Assembly (NCBI GenBank): GCA_043814605.1
Contig: JBDRJV010000027.1
Span: 1-60,422 of the forward strand
Length of the DNA: 60,422 nucleotides
Direction: 5' to 3'
Source of the DNA: Candidatus Omnitrophota bacterium
Lineage (GTDB): Bacteria; Omnitrophota; Gorgyraeia; B26-G9
The notes beneath the pieces were generated by a model. The model was not told where the DNA came from and ran no database searches. It worked only from the letters and a program-made list of their open reading frames with translations. A program made the position numbers and the translations under genes. Positions 10,203 to 21,406 of this stretch are shown here, piece by piece (positions within the stretch are counted from its first letter, which is position 1; the number at the start of each line of letters is the position of its first letter).

Positions 10203-11432
10203 GACCTTTTTTGCAATCAAAATTGGTAATTTTGCCTTAATTAAAATAGCATCCTCTTTATAGTCGCAATATATCACTTTCCCTTGTGCATGGATTGTAT
10301 TTAAGAGTTTCATCTGAGAATGACTCAGGGAGACTTTGATAACCATTGTTGCCTGCTGCAGACAATCCTCAATCTTTTCTAAAAGTTTATTAATATTTTG
10401 TGAAAATTTTGCGGATATTGCTACGGAATCATCAAATTTTCTCATAAATCTTTTAACAATGTTGTTGTTATTAATTTTGTCGATTTTATTCAAAACATAA
10501 ATTACCGGCTTATCTTGCGCGTTTAATTTGTTCAATACCTCCCAAACCGCATCATTATGTTTATAAACCAACTCCTGTGATATATCTAAAACAACCAGTA
10601 AAAGGTCAGCGGCAGTAACTACTTCTAATGTGGCTCTAAACGCCTCAATTAAATGATGTGGCAGATCGTGTAAAAACCCGACTGTATCGGAAAAAAGAAT
10701 TTTTAAATTACTCGCGGGAAGTGTAAATTTTTTTGTGATTGGGTCAAGCGTACTAAACATCTCATCTTTCGCTTTTACTTCAGCTTGAGTTAACTTATTC
10801 AGCAATGTAGACTTTCCGGTATTCGTATACCCGACTAATGCTACATTAAAAAGAGCATTCTCCTGCCTTCTTTTTCTCACCTCAAAACGGCGTTTTTTCA
10901 AGGCATCAATATCTTTTTTTAAATAGTCGATTCTTTTGCGAATTCTCCTGCGGTCAATTTCTAATTTTTGCTCCCCCGGTCCGCGGGTTCCGATTCCGCC
11001 GCCTAAACGCGATAAAGCAACACCTTTGCCGGATAATCGCGGTAACAAATATTGCAGCTGCGCAAGTTCAACCTGAACCTTACCTTCCTGGGTTTTTGCA
11101 TGTTGGGCAAAAATATCTAAGATTAACTGTGTCCGGTCAATGATTTTAATGCCGATTTTTTGTTCGAGGTTACGGCTTTGCGTTGGGTTTAAATCATTAT
11201 TAAAAATTATGGTTTGTGCCTGTGTTTGCTCAACTAGGCTTTTCAATTCTTTAACTTTTCCCTTCCCTATATAAAAAGCTGGATCAGGACTGGGGCGTGA
11301 GCATTTTATTTCTCCCACAACCTCACCGCGAACTGTTTTTGTTAAAACTTTTAATTCACTTTCCTGCTCATCGTTTGACCAGTCTAATTTAATATTCTGA
11401 ATATTTATAATTACTAATATTATTTTTTCCAT
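10188..11432 (-). CDS. hflX: GTPase HflX
   Basis: 414 aa with the HflX N-domain, a GTP-binding G-domain ([21 protein letters not shown]) and a glycine-rich segment ([11 protein letters not shown]). Confidence 0.9.
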   Translation of the reverse strand: MEKIILVIINIQNIKLDWSNDEQESELKVLTKTVRGEVVGEIKCSRPSPDPAFYIGKGKVKELKSLVEQTQAQTIIFNNDLNPTQSRNLEQKIGIKIIDRTQLILDIFAQHAKTQEGKVQVELAQLQYLLPRLSGKGVALSRLGGGIGTRGPGEQKLEIDRRRIRKRIDYLKKDIDALKKRRFEVRKRRQENALFNVALVGYTNTGKSTLLNKLTQAEVKAKDEMFSTLDPITKKFTLPASNLKILFSDTVGFLHDLPHHLIEAFRATLEVVTAADLLLVVLDISQELVYKHNDAVWEVLNKLNAQDKPVIYVLNKIDKINNNNIVKRFMRKFDDSVAISAKFSQNINKLLEKIEDCLQQATMVIKVSLSHSQMKLLNTIHAQGKVIYCDYKEDAILIKAKLPILIAKKVLTEI

Positions 11433-11573
11433 TTATTATTTTTTTATAATCCTTTAATTAACAATGTGTTATGTAAACAAAAAAATGGCTATCTGTTTCC
11501 TTTAAAACATTATACCATAAATAACCAGCGGGATAACAAAGGTTTAAATCAGGCAAGAAAATAAATCCGTAAA

Positions 11574-14237
11574 TTAAATTGATTGTCCTAAAAACTTCGG
11601 ATCGTTAATAACATTAAAATCAGGTTTTAAAATCTCTGGGATAAAATCTAAAAAGCTTTTATCCTCAGAATATTCTGCTATTTTTTTGATTACAAAACAA
11701 ACATCATCAGCTGCAGAATGCTCATTTAAATATTTAAAAAAATCTTCTTTTAAATTAAAATCTTCAAGATACGGTTTTATTTTGTCAAATCCATAGATAT
11801 TCACAATTTTTACTAAAATTTTGAATATTGGTTGATAATTTTTAACCAAAAATTTTTTTTCAAAAGAAAGGTCTTGCATTAAAAATTTTACAGCCTTATC
11901 AACTTCTTCTAAACTAATGCTGGGTTTTAAAGAAATTATTTTGACCCATTTATCGTGCGGGAAAATCTCCGCTAATAATTCTAATAATTCAAATCTGGTT
12001 TTTTTGTGTATTGATATGCCCGCACCAAAAATAATTCTGGTTAATTCTTCTGTAGCAATCTTTTTCTTTAACTCAGGAATAATTCTTTCATCAATATCTT
12101 TTATTCCGATATCTCGGCCAAAAAAACTGCAGATTTGTTCCTGCGTAATTTCTCTTAAGCTTTGACTGGCTAATAGAAGGTGCAGGTTGCCTTTACCCCA
12201 AGGGTCTTCATGTTCTAAACAGATTTTCTGTAATAATATATTTATTGCCTGAATAACTGTTTTTTCAACAACCGGCCGGTCACCACCTCTGCTGGCTTTT
12301 AGTTTTTCTAATTGCTTTATTTTCTCTGGATTAATAATCCCTTGGTTGCCAATCGCTAAAATAAACGCAATAAATTCCCCATCAAACACATTTTTAGCAA
12401 TATACTTCTTTAAGTATTTTTCGAATAAATTTCTTGTAAGGTAAATATTTCCCGAATCAATTACACATGCCTGCCCCTCTAGAATAACAATGCTTCTTTC
12501 TAAATTAGCTCTTTCTTTTTTTAATTTAGCGATACTTTCTTCTAAATTTACTGTTTCTTTTTTCAACTTAATAAGCAATTCCGCTTCAGGGGGTCCTTCC
12601 AATAAATCAATAGTACTTGTTAATTGACTTAACTCTGCTTGCCACAAATTAATTATTTCGTTTATTCCCCCATGAGCATTAATGCTTAATATATTTAATA
12701 CTTCTGAATCATCAATCTGCCCTAAAACTTCACTGATCAGCAAAGTTAAATATCCCCCCATAGTATAGCGGTCCTTACCTCTTTTTTTAATCATATCAAA
12801 AAATAATCTAGGAAAAGCCTGATTAATAATTCTTTTTTGAACAGAAATATCCTGCCCTTTTTTCTGTAAAGCCTCAAAAAGTAAAATCGGGATAATACTA
12901 TAAAAAGGACTATCTAATTGTTCAATTAATTCATCGACATCTGAAACATCGCGAACCTCTAATTGTTTCCATACCTTGTGCACCTGATTAATCTGCTGAT
13001 ATTTAGCCACAATATTTTCTGCTTGACTAATTTTCAATAATGTATCGGAAAGAACTTCTAAACGCAGTCTTGCATTCGAAGTTATAATCGGACCCTGTAA
13101 ATACTTAACTGAAGTAAACCCTATTTCTTTTTTAAAATAATTAATCCGCGACATAACATACCGATGATATTCGCGATCTGTCATTGCCGTAATCGCTAAA
13201 AAGCTCACCAATGCATTCATTATCTTCGGCGTAAAATAAGTCAACTGCTGCGGTTTATCCTCATAAAGCAAAAGAAAAACAAAAATATCCCGGATAATAA
13301 TTTCCACATCAGAAAAACGCTGGATATTAAAAATATATTCCTGATCATTTAAGCTAATTTTCCCGGTCAGGAGAAAATCAATAATTTCTTCTGAGGTAGC
13401 TGTTTTAAAAAATTTTATTTCCGGACTTTCTCTTAAATTTTTTAAATCTATTGCAGCTTTAATCTTATCCTTAATTATCTCAACTTTAAAATCTTCTTCC
13501 GGAAAATTAAGATCATCATAGACTTCTTTACCAATAATTTTTTTAATTAAAGAAACAGGTGTTGCTTGATCATTTTCTAATTTTAAAATATCATAAATTT
13601 TTTCTTGCCTTTTTTTATCAACTTCTCCATAAGCATTAAAACGAGAAACAAGCTTGTTCAAAACATATAATTTTTCTGCCCGATCAAACTCCTTATTTTC
13701 AGGAAACTGCGCTTTAATCGTCTGCAAAAGCATGCCGTAACCTAAAGCTAAAAGCAGTAAATCATCATTTTCTTGTTTTTTAAAATAAGCAATATTAACG
13801 ATGATTAAATTATTCTCAACTTTTATAACCGGCGCATCCAGGGAAGAATCATCAATAAGTTTAAATTCAGAAAGATCTTTTTTGAAATTACAATTAGCAT
13901 AACGAAAATTATATAATTTAACCCAGTCTTGAATTGTTAAAAGAATACGGCTAATTTTATCTAGATCAACAGAATCCTTTATCTGACTAATCTCCGCTTT
14001 AAATTTTTTAATTTCCGGCGGTATGAAATAATTATTCGCCAGGCTATTATCCTTATGAAAAACTTTAAGCATCTGCATATTAATTAACAATCTCGGGGAC
14101 AAATTGCTTGATTGTTTGTGAAAGCAGTCATAACCTAATTGGGCAGATTCGCATAAGCCGGCTTTTCCAAAAACTAAAATTTGGATAATACCTAAAGAGA
14201 TCACCGTAAAAAATATATTGTTTTTCCTTTTTTTCAT
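11574..14237 (-). CDS. Large secreted or membrane-anchored protein, no recognisable domain
   Basis: 887-aa uninterrupted ORF with an N-terminal signal/anchor (IFFTVISLGIIQILVF) and one internal coiled-coil-like repeat (LKKETVNLEESIAKLKKERANLERSI). Confidence 0.6.
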   Translation of the reverse strand: MKKRKNNIFFTVISLGIIQILVFGKAGLCESAQLGYDCFHKQSSNLSPRLLINMQMLKVFHKDNSLANNYFIPPEIKKFKAEISQIKDSVDLDKISRILLTIQDWVKLYNFRYANCNFKKDLSEFKLIDDSSLDAPVIKVENNLIIVNIAYFKKQENDDLLLLALGYGMLLQTIKAQFPENKEFDRAEKLYVLNKLVSRFNAYGEVDKKRQEKIYDILKLENDQATPVSLIKKIIGKEVYDDLNFPEEDFKVEIIKDKIKAAIDLKNLRESPEIKFFKTATSEEIIDFLLTGKISLNDQEYIFNIQRFSDVEIIIRDIFVFLLLYEDKPQQLTYFTPKIMNALVSFLAITAMTDREYHRYVMSRINYFKKEIGFTSVKYLQGPIITSNARLRLEVLSDTLLKISQAENIVAKYQQINQVHKVWKQLEVRDVSDVDELIEQLDSPFYSIIPILLFEALQKKGQDISVQKRIINQAFPRLFFDMIKKRGKDRYTMGGYLTLLISEVLGQIDDSEVLNILSINAHGGINEIINLWQAELSQLTSTIDLLEGPPEAELLIKLKKETVNLEESIAKLKKERANLERSIVILEGQACVIDSGNIYLTRNLFEKYLKKYIAKNVFDGEFIAFILAIGNQGIINPEKIKQLEKLKASRGGDRPVVEKTVIQAINILLQKICLEHEDPWGKGNLHLLLASQSLREITQEQICSFFGRDIGIKDIDERIIPELKKKIATEELTRIIFGAGISIHKKTRFELLELLAEIFPHDKWVKIISLKPSISLEEVDKAVKFLMQDLSFEKKFLVKNYQPIFKILVKIVNIYGFDKIKPYLEDFNLKEDFFKYLNEHSAADDVCFVIKKIAEYSEDKSFLDFIPEILKPDFNVINDPKFLGQSI

Positions 14238-14459
14238 TTCCTTATTATTTTTATTTTATAACTTTAAATATTCACTAAATAAAATTCTTTACAAACTTAT
14301 TGATTTTAAAATATTTATATATAAAAAGCAGTAAAGTATACCATAACATTAATTGCTTTACAAATTTAAATTGAGAAAATTTTCCATAATTTAAACGAGA
14401 AAACAATTTTATAACTATAATTATTTAAAGTAGTTACAGATTAGATTGAGTTATTGTTT

Positions 14460-15968
14460 TTATTTACTTCGATTATTTTTTTGAGTTAAAAGCAGTAGTT
14501 TTTGAGAAATTGGGGGTGTGATCTGGTGCGGTAAAATCCGCCATTTCCAGTTACCCTGTGCTGCTCCGGGTAAATTCATGCGGTATTCTTGACCTAAGCC
14601 TAAAATATCCTGAGCTGGAATAATAATAATCTTAGCTACAGATTCCATTAAAACTTTAATCAATTCCCAATGGATTTGATCAGCGCTGACTTCTTTTTTT
14701 AAATATTTAAATAATTTTGCCTTATTTTCCGGTTCCAGCTCATTTTCAAACCAGCCGCGCGCTGTATTATTATCATGGGTGCCGGTATACGCCACACAAT
14801 TGGGAATAAAATTATGCGGTAAGTAAGGATGCTTTTCTAAATCCTCATAAAAAGCAAATAACAATATTTTCATACCCGGAAGTTTTAATTTACGAATCGC
14901 ATCTTTAACCTCATCGGTAATAATACCTAAATCTTCGGCAATGATCTGATCCCGGGAGAATTTTTGAAAAACCTTTTCGAAAAAATCATAAACCGGTGCT
15001 TTTTGCCAGGCACCGTTCATGGCAGTAGTCTGGCCTTTGGGTACTTGCCAATAATCAACAAATCCGCGGAAATGATCAATTCGGATTAAATCAAAAAGTT
15101 TCAAGTTATGCTCAATGCGTTTAATCCACCAGCTGTAATTATTTTCTTTTAATTTCTCCCAATTATACACTGGATTTCCCCATAATTGGCCGGTTTTACT
15201 AAAATAATCCGGTGGTACTCCGGCTAAAAACTCTAATCTTTTATCTTTATCCAGTTTAAATATTTCCGGATTAGCCCAGGTATCCGCACTATCATAAGTA
15301 ACATAAATCGGGATATCGCCAATAATTTTTATTTTCTTTTTATTACAGTATTTTTTTAAATCATGCCATTGCTGAAAAAATAAATATTGCAAAAATTTCT
15401 CTTTCTCTATCTCCGGTTCTAGTCTTTTCTTTAAATCATTCACCGCATTTAGATCTCGATCTCGGATTTTTTCCGGCCACTTACTCCAAATTATATTATT
15501 AAAGTGTTTTTTAAACACAATAAATACTGTATAAGTATCCAGCCAATCATCATTTTCTTTACAAAATTTTAAATATTCTTTATCTGCATCTAATTTTCCC
15601 TGTGCTTTAAAATTCTCAAAAGCTTTTATAAAAAGCATCCCTTTAAGTTTATATACCTGTTCAAAGTCGACATAAGTTTTGGGCAATTTTTCTAATTCAT
15701 TAAGATCTTTTTTCTTTATTAATTTTGCCTCAACTAAAATTTCCGGACTGATCAGAATATTATTAACAGCAAAAGCGCAACTACTGCTGTAAGGAGAATT
15801 TCCGTTTACAGAATTTGTCGGGTTAAGAGGTAAAACTTGCCAATACTTTTGTTTGGCTCCAGTTAAAAAATCAGCAAATTTATAGGCTTCAGGCCCCAAG
15901 TCCCCGATTCCATAGTTTGATGCCAGACTGCTAATATGCAGAAAAATACCACTGCCTTTTTTTATCAC
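14460..15968 (-). CDS. malQ: 4-alpha-glucanotransferase (amylomaltase, GH77)
   Basis: 502 aa with an N-terminus (GIFLHISSL...YGIGDLG) and catalytic-region motifs (RIDHFRGF, IIAEDLG) typical of MalQ. Confidence 0.9.
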   Translation of the reverse strand: MIKKGSGIFLHISSLASNYGIGDLGPEAYKFADFLTGAKQKYWQVLPLNPTNSVNGNSPYSSSCAFAVNNILISPEILVEAKLIKKKDLNELEKLPKTYVDFEQVYKLKGMLFIKAFENFKAQGKLDADKEYLKFCKENDDWLDTYTVFIVFKKHFNNIIWSKWPEKIRDRDLNAVNDLKKRLEPEIEKEKFLQYLFFQQWHDLKKYCNKKKIKIIGDIPIYVTYDSADTWANPEIFKLDKDKRLEFLAGVPPDYFSKTGQLWGNPVYNWEKLKENNYSWWIKRIEHNLKLFDLIRIDHFRGFVDYWQVPKGQTTAMNGAWQKAPVYDFFEKVFQKFSRDQIIAEDLGIITDEVKDAIRKLKLPGMKILLFAFYEDLEKHPYLPHNFIPNCVAYTGTHDNNTARGWFENELEPENKAKLFKYLKKEVSADQIHWELIKVLMESVAKIIIIPAQDILGLGQEYRMNLPGAAQGNWKWRILPHQITPPISQKLLLLTQKNNRSK

Positions 15969-16041
15969 TTTCCCTCCTTGATCTTTTGAAAATTAAAGGC
16001 CGGATTAAACTGGATACTATCTGTGGTACTTAGAATATCCA

Positions 16042-18465
16042 TTACTTACTCTTGATTGAAAGATATTCACCTAGAGCATTAAAATTTTCTACCCATTTTT
16101 TTGCCGTAACATCTTTCTGGTCAGCTTTAGTCCTCATCATTTCAAATAATTCTTTTTTTATGGAAAAATATACGTTCTGAGTTTCCCAAATCCTTAACTG
16201 CAGCGATAATGGGTTTAGAATTATAAAAATATTTTTTATTTTTTTAGCCAAGTCTATATTCTGGGGGTTTGTATTAAATCGCTCCATAAGTAAACGGATT
16301 TTTTCACTAGCCAGGAAACCTAAAGTTGTTTTATCAATTTTTAAAGACCAAAGCTTAGCTTCTTTTACCAAATCCTGGAGGCGGTTAATATCTATTTCTT
16401 CATTATTTAATTCGCTTTTTAAATCCTTATTTATTATAAACTCAAAAGTATTCGCAAATATACTCGGCAGCGGCATGCCGATTTCTTTCATGGCCAGCAT
16501 GATTGGATAATGATGTTCATTGATTTGCCGGAATGATAATTCGATTTCCAGTAAAGTTGAATCTAATATTTTATCTAATATCTTTCTTTGCTCATCGCGG
16601 AATAAATGCCATAATCTGTAATCGTGACTCTTAAAGTACTTATCAAAAAGTGAAACTACTGCGGAAACATCGCTTTTATTAAAAGCTAGTTTAACTTCTT
16701 TATGCATTTGGGCAAATTCTTCATTTTTTAATATATCGCAAACCCCTCCGAATAAAACATGGTCTCCGAGGGATAACACGGCATAACTAAATTTATCTTC
16801 CTCGTAAACTATATTTGATTTAATTTTAATATTACCGATTATCAGCTGCTGTTTCCCCACTTCCATCCGTTCACAAATTTCACTGATTACTTCATAGCAA
16901 TAAATGTTTGTTTTGGGCTCATACTCATTAAATAAAGAAGAAATTGCATAATGCGCCCCCACTCTTTTTAAATCAAGCACTGTTGATTTTACAAAACGCT
17001 GGTATAAATTTGCCGCATCTGCGTATTCTTCAATATTACTTTTAGCTTTTTTCAACAATTTCAAATAATCCGGCTCCAGATCAGTACCGGTTACTTGTTT
17101 TGCCAATTGTATCGCCCGCGCTGCATAATTTATAACTTGAACCGTTTCAATTCCAGAGACTTCATCAAAGAACCATCCGCAGCTTGTATACATAAGCATT
17201 GCATGACGCTGCATTTCCAGCAGTTTAAGCACATTGGTTTTTTCTGTTTCAGATAAAGTTTTATTTATATTTTCTTGCAAAAATTTATTTACATTATCCT
17301 GGCTCCGGTTGAGAATGACACTAATATAATTATTTCTGAGTTTCCAGGGGTCCTCTGTGTATTTAGATATTTGCTCAATGTATACAGGAACTAATTTTTC
17401 GTTTAACCAATCCATGGCTTTTCTTAAATATTTTCGCCAGCTTTGATTCCAATTAGCATTAGTCCTGACATTACATCCGCAATCATTCTGCCATCGTTCA
17501 ACTCCGTGGAAACAACTCCAGGATGAATTTTCAATAATTTTCACTTCGTATTTCGGCGGAAATTTTTCTAAATATTCACCGTAAATAGTAATTTGCGCTT
17601 TTTTAAATTTATCAATATGATAAAATCCATAGGACAAAGCCATTTCTCCATAATTATGATGATGCCCGTATGTTTCTCCATCAGCAGCTATATGCACCAG
17701 CTGAGGATTATCTGTATCGGAAAAAATTCCGACTAACCGGCCTACTAAATTTTCTCCGTTAGATAATAAACCGCCAAAAGCAATATCTTGAGATACCGGT
17801 CCGTCATAAAAGAAAATATTTATTGCCCGGCCGGAATCTAGCTTACAAAGATAAGGCATTTTCGGGTCAATTTTTCCGCTGCTAACATCTAACCAATCTT
17901 TTTCCTCTATTTTTTTAATCTTCTGGGCCTGATAAGGCGATAATATTGTGAATTTTATGCCAAATTCTGCCATAATATCCAAAGTCTGTAAATCTACTGC
18001 TGTTTCAGCCAACCACATCCCCTCCGGAAACCGTCCAAAACGGTATTCAAAATCTTTAATTCCCCATGCAATTTGAGTATAGCGATCATTAGTATTCGCT
18101 AGCGGCATAATCATATGATTATAGACTTGTGCAATTGCACTGCCGTGCCCGGAAAAATTTTTCTGACTAATACGGTCAGCATTTATAATTGCTTGATAGA
18201 TTTGGGGTTTTTTCCTTTGCAGCCAGGAAAGTAATGTTGGGCCAAAATTAAAACTAATTTTTTGATAATTATTGACAATATCAATTATTTTATTTTCCCG
18301 GTCAAGAATTCGGGAAGCACTGTTAGGAGCATAACATTCAATTGTAATTCTTTCATTCCAGTCATGATAAGGATAAGCAGAATCCTGTATCTCTACTTCC
18401 TCAAGCCAGGGATTCTCCCGGGGCGGTTGATAAAAATGTCCGTGTACACAAAGATAACGATTCAC
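16042..18465 (-). CDS. Glycoside hydrolase family 57 protein with a long C-terminal (DUF3536-like) extension
   Basis: The N-terminus VHGHFYQPPRENPW is the GH57 signature. 807 aa, GTG start, with the SD AAGGAGGG 8 nt upstream. Confidence 0.8.
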   Translation of the reverse strand: MNRYLCVHGHFYQPPRENPWLEEVEIQDSAYPYHDWNERITIECYAPNSASRILDRENKIIDIVNNYQKISFNFGPTLLSWLQRKKPQIYQAIINADRISQKNFSGHGSAIAQVYNHMIMPLANTNDRYTQIAWGIKDFEYRFGRFPEGMWLAETAVDLQTLDIMAEFGIKFTILSPYQAQKIKKIEEKDWLDVSSGKIDPKMPYLCKLDSGRAINIFFYDGPVSQDIAFGGLLSNGENLVGRLVGIFSDTDNPQLVHIAADGETYGHHHNYGEMALSYGFYHIDKFKKAQITIYGEYLEKFPPKYEVKIIENSSWSCFHGVERWQNDCGCNVRTNANWNQSWRKYLRKAMDWLNEKLVPVYIEQISKYTEDPWKLRNNYISVILNRSQDNVNKFLQENINKTLSETEKTNVLKLLEMQRHAMLMYTSCGWFFDEVSGIETVQVINYAARAIQLAKQVTGTDLEPDYLKLLKKAKSNIEEYADAANLYQRFVKSTVLDLKRVGAHYAISSLFNEYEPKTNIYCYEVISEICERMEVGKQQLIIGNIKIKSNIVYEEDKFSYAVLSLGDHVLFGGVCDILKNEEFAQMHKEVKLAFNKSDVSAVVSLFDKYFKSHDYRLWHLFRDEQRKILDKILDSTLLEIELSFRQINEHHYPIMLAMKEIGMPLPSIFANTFEFIINKDLKSELNNEEIDINRLQDLVKEAKLWSLKIDKTTLGFLASEKIRLLMERFNTNPQNIDLAKKIKNIFIILNPLSLQLRIWETQNVYFSIKKELFEMMRTKADQKDVTAKKWVENFNALGEYLSIKSK

Positions 18466-18972
18466 TCTCTCATCCCTCCTTAAATACTCTTTAGGTAATT
18501 TTTATAACCGGCACAACTTATCGCACTTAAATTAATTTTTTAATTTTTTCGATTAACTTCAATATCTGCTGGTAAAACCATGCCTTCTGCCGTCTAAAAC
18601 ATATCGCTTGAATCTAAAACCTTCGGCTATCTCCCTTGTGGGCAAATAAAATAAACATTACCTTTGTTCAAGTCCATCAACCAAAATATTTCATTGTTAT
18701 TATACCATCTTCTGATAAAAACAACATTCTCTTTATTAAAAGTCTTTATTGCCGTTATATTTTATACTTTCCTTAATGATTTTTATCTCTGGCCAATGAT
18801 TTTGGCAAAAGAGCTTAAAGCACAAATTCATAGTTATTTTTTTCCTAAATAAGTTGCATTGATTTTTGTAAAATTTTCCGCTTTTTTCAAAATTATTTGG
18901 AAATAGATTATTGAATTGAAATTTTACCATTTAGATAAAACTAATGGTTTTAACATTAGCTTAAAGATCAAA

Positions 18973-21396
18973 TTATTTATTTTTATCCAGGCTAACTGTA
19001 AGAATTTTTCCCGGAATAACAAAATATTGCTTTAAATTTATCTGGATAGGAAATTTTTTAAGATTTTTTGAAGGATTTTTAAGCGAAACCTGAATTTTTG
19101 TTTTTTGTAATTCAAAACAAATACATTGTTTCTGATAATTTAATTGCATTTTTATTTTATGCCATTTATGTGGCAATCGTGGTGTAACGAAAATGCCCTG
19201 GTCTGTAATTTGGATTCCGGCAAAAGATCTAATTACAATATCAATTGACCCGCCCATAACCCCGGCATGGATCCCCTCGGGAGTAGTACCACCCTGAGTA
19301 TCATAAATATCTGATTGTAAAACTTCGGAAAACCAAGTCCAAAAAGCCTTTTCTCTCCCGGCCAATTGTGAAACAAAACAATGCACAACTTTACTTAACG
19401 TAGAACCATGCGATGTCCGTTGAACATAATAATCATAATTTTTTTTGATTAATCCCGCGTTAAAATTATAACCTAAACGCTTTAATATTTCCTGAACCTC
19501 TAATTGCGTTAATAAATAGAAAATCATTAAAACATCACCTTGTTTGGCTAGTTTATAATTATCCGGAAATTTTCCTTCTGATTTTAGGATCCTATCTAAG
19601 CGGTTAATTTTTTTGTACTTCTTTTTGTACTTATCCCAATCAAGCTCTTTTAATTGAAAATAACCTTTAAACTGGCTAATAATGCCCTGCTCATTAAAAA
19701 TAATATTCATGCGCCGGGTGATTAAATCCCAGCGTTCTAATTCTTCTGCGTTAAGTTTAATTTTTTTCATTAAACTAATTCGAGTTTTTTTAGGCAGCAA
19801 TGCCAATATTTCCTGAGCTTTCTGTAATGTCCAAACTGCCATTATATTGGTATAAGCATTATCAATTAATCCCGGCTGATTTATACCCAGAAATCTTTCA
19901 TGAAACTCATCTGGCCCCACAACTCCCCGGATATGGAATTTTCTGTCTTGAGGATCGTACTCTGCTAAGCTGGAAGCAAATTGCGCAATAGAAAGTAAAG
20001 TTTCTGCTCCATATTTTTCCATAAATTCAAAATCCTGCGTAATTTTCCAAAAATTCCATATATTGTAAGCAATTGCAAATGAAACATGACGTTGCTTACG
20101 GCTATAATCCGGGCCCCATCTCCCGGAACGGGGATTAAGATGTACTATTTGGGTTTCCTCTTTACCGGTTGAACCGCTTTGCCAGGGAAACATAGCTCCG
20201 TGATATCCGTTATTCCGGGCATATTCACGTGCTCGACCTAAACGCCGATAACGGTATTTTAATATTGCCTTTGAAATCTCCGGCATATGTAAATTAAAAA
20301 AAGGCAGGATAAACACTTCATCCCAAAAAATATGTCCCCGGTATGCTTCTCCGTTTAAACCCCGGGCCGGAAACCCTGCATCAATATTTATATTATGTCT
20401 AGACCCGGTTTGTAGAAGATGAAATATGTGTAATCTTATCACCAGTTGTGAAAAAATATCACCTTCAATTTTAATATCAAATTCTTTCCATATTTTATTC
20501 CAAGCTTTTCTATGAGAATTTAACAGATTTTCAAACCGGGGTAATTTTTTCGTTAAATTAATCGCCTCTGTTTTAGGGAACTTTACTGCTTTATCCCGAG
20601 AACTAAAAATTGAAACTGTTTTTTCAATTTGAAGTGACTGGCGTTTTTTTAAAAACATCCTAAACTCTTGCCCGACAACTTTCTTTCCATGACGGATAAT
20701 ATCAATTAAAGGTTCCTTTTCTTTTCCCGCAACAAATACTCTTAATTTAGCTGCTTCATACACTTCAATTTTAGATTGACTGGTTTTAACCCCCAGAAAA
20801 ATACCATTATGAGAAAATTTACCTAAAACATGTGCCCGCCAATGATGAAAATTAAGTTCCCGGTATCTTTCTACATTCATATTTAATACTGCACCATCAA
20901 GCATTGAACGCACACTGATATAATCACTATAGTTCTCAGGCGTAATAATATATTTAATCGCACAGACATGAGGATTATCCATATGCACAATTCTGGTTTC
21001 CTGCACCCAGGTTTTATGCCCATGCCGAGTTTGAAATAATATTTTTCGGGAAAAAACTCCGTGGCGAATATCTAATTCTTGGCGATAAAAAAGAATTTTT
21101 GTGGCTGAAGGACTAAACCAAATTCCATCTCTAATTTTAAATGTTAAATATGTCCAGTTCGGGCAATTAACTAAGTCTTCATTATATATTGTCCGCCCCG
21201 AGATATGCGTCCCTAATCGATTGTATACACCGGCAATATAAGTTCCGGGATAATGCATTTCTGTCGGAGCTGCTTCCGAAGCAACGCCGCGCGTGCCTAA
21301 ATATCCATTACCTAAAGCACATAAAACTTCTCTTAATCCCTCTTCCTCAGGAATAAAGTTTTTATATATTAATTTCCAAGGATGACCTTTATCCAT
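18973..21396 (-). CDS. Glycoside hydrolase family 65 phosphorylase (trehalose/maltose/kojibiose phosphorylase-like)
   Basis: About 800 aa with GH65 N-, catalytic (HIFWDEVF) and C-domains. The start at 21396 (MDKGHPW) has an AAAGGAAA SD. The track start at 21435 would overlap the upstream gene by 29 nt. Confidence 0.8.
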   Translation of the reverse strand: MDKGHPWKLIYKNFIPEEEGLREVLCALGNGYLGTRGVASEAAPTEMHYPGTYIAGVYNRLGTHISGRTIYNEDLVNCPNWTYLTFKIRDGIWFSPSATKILFYRQELDIRHGVFSRKILFQTRHGHKTWVQETRIVHMDNPHVCAIKYIITPENYSDYISVRSMLDGAVLNMNVERYRELNFHHWRAHVLGKFSHNGIFLGVKTSQSKIEVYEAAKLRVFVAGKEKEPLIDIIRHGKKVVGQEFRMFLKKRQSLQIEKTVSIFSSRDKAVKFPKTEAINLTKKLPRFENLLNSHRKAWNKIWKEFDIKIEGDIFSQLVIRLHIFHLLQTGSRHNINIDAGFPARGLNGEAYRGHIFWDEVFILPFFNLHMPEISKAILKYRYRRLGRAREYARNNGYHGAMFPWQSGSTGKEETQIVHLNPRSGRWGPDYSRKQRHVSFAIAYNIWNFWKITQDFEFMEKYGAETLLSIAQFASSLAEYDPQDRKFHIRGVVGPDEFHERFLGINQPGLIDNAYTNIMAVWTLQKAQEILALLPKKTRISLMKKIKLNAEELERWDLITRRMNIIFNEQGIISQFKGYFQLKELDWDKYKKKYKKINRLDRILKSEGKFPDNYKLAKQGDVLMIFYLLTQLEVQEILKRLGYNFNAGLIKKNYDYYVQRTSHGSTLSKVVHCFVSQLAGREKAFWTWFSEVLQSDIYDTQGGTTPEGIHAGVMGGSIDIVIRSFAGIQITDQGIFVTPRLPHKWHKIKMQLNYQKQCICFELQKTKIQVSLKNPSKNLKKFPIQINLKQYFVIPGKILTVSLDKNK

Positions 21397-21406
21397 AGTT
21401 TCCTTT

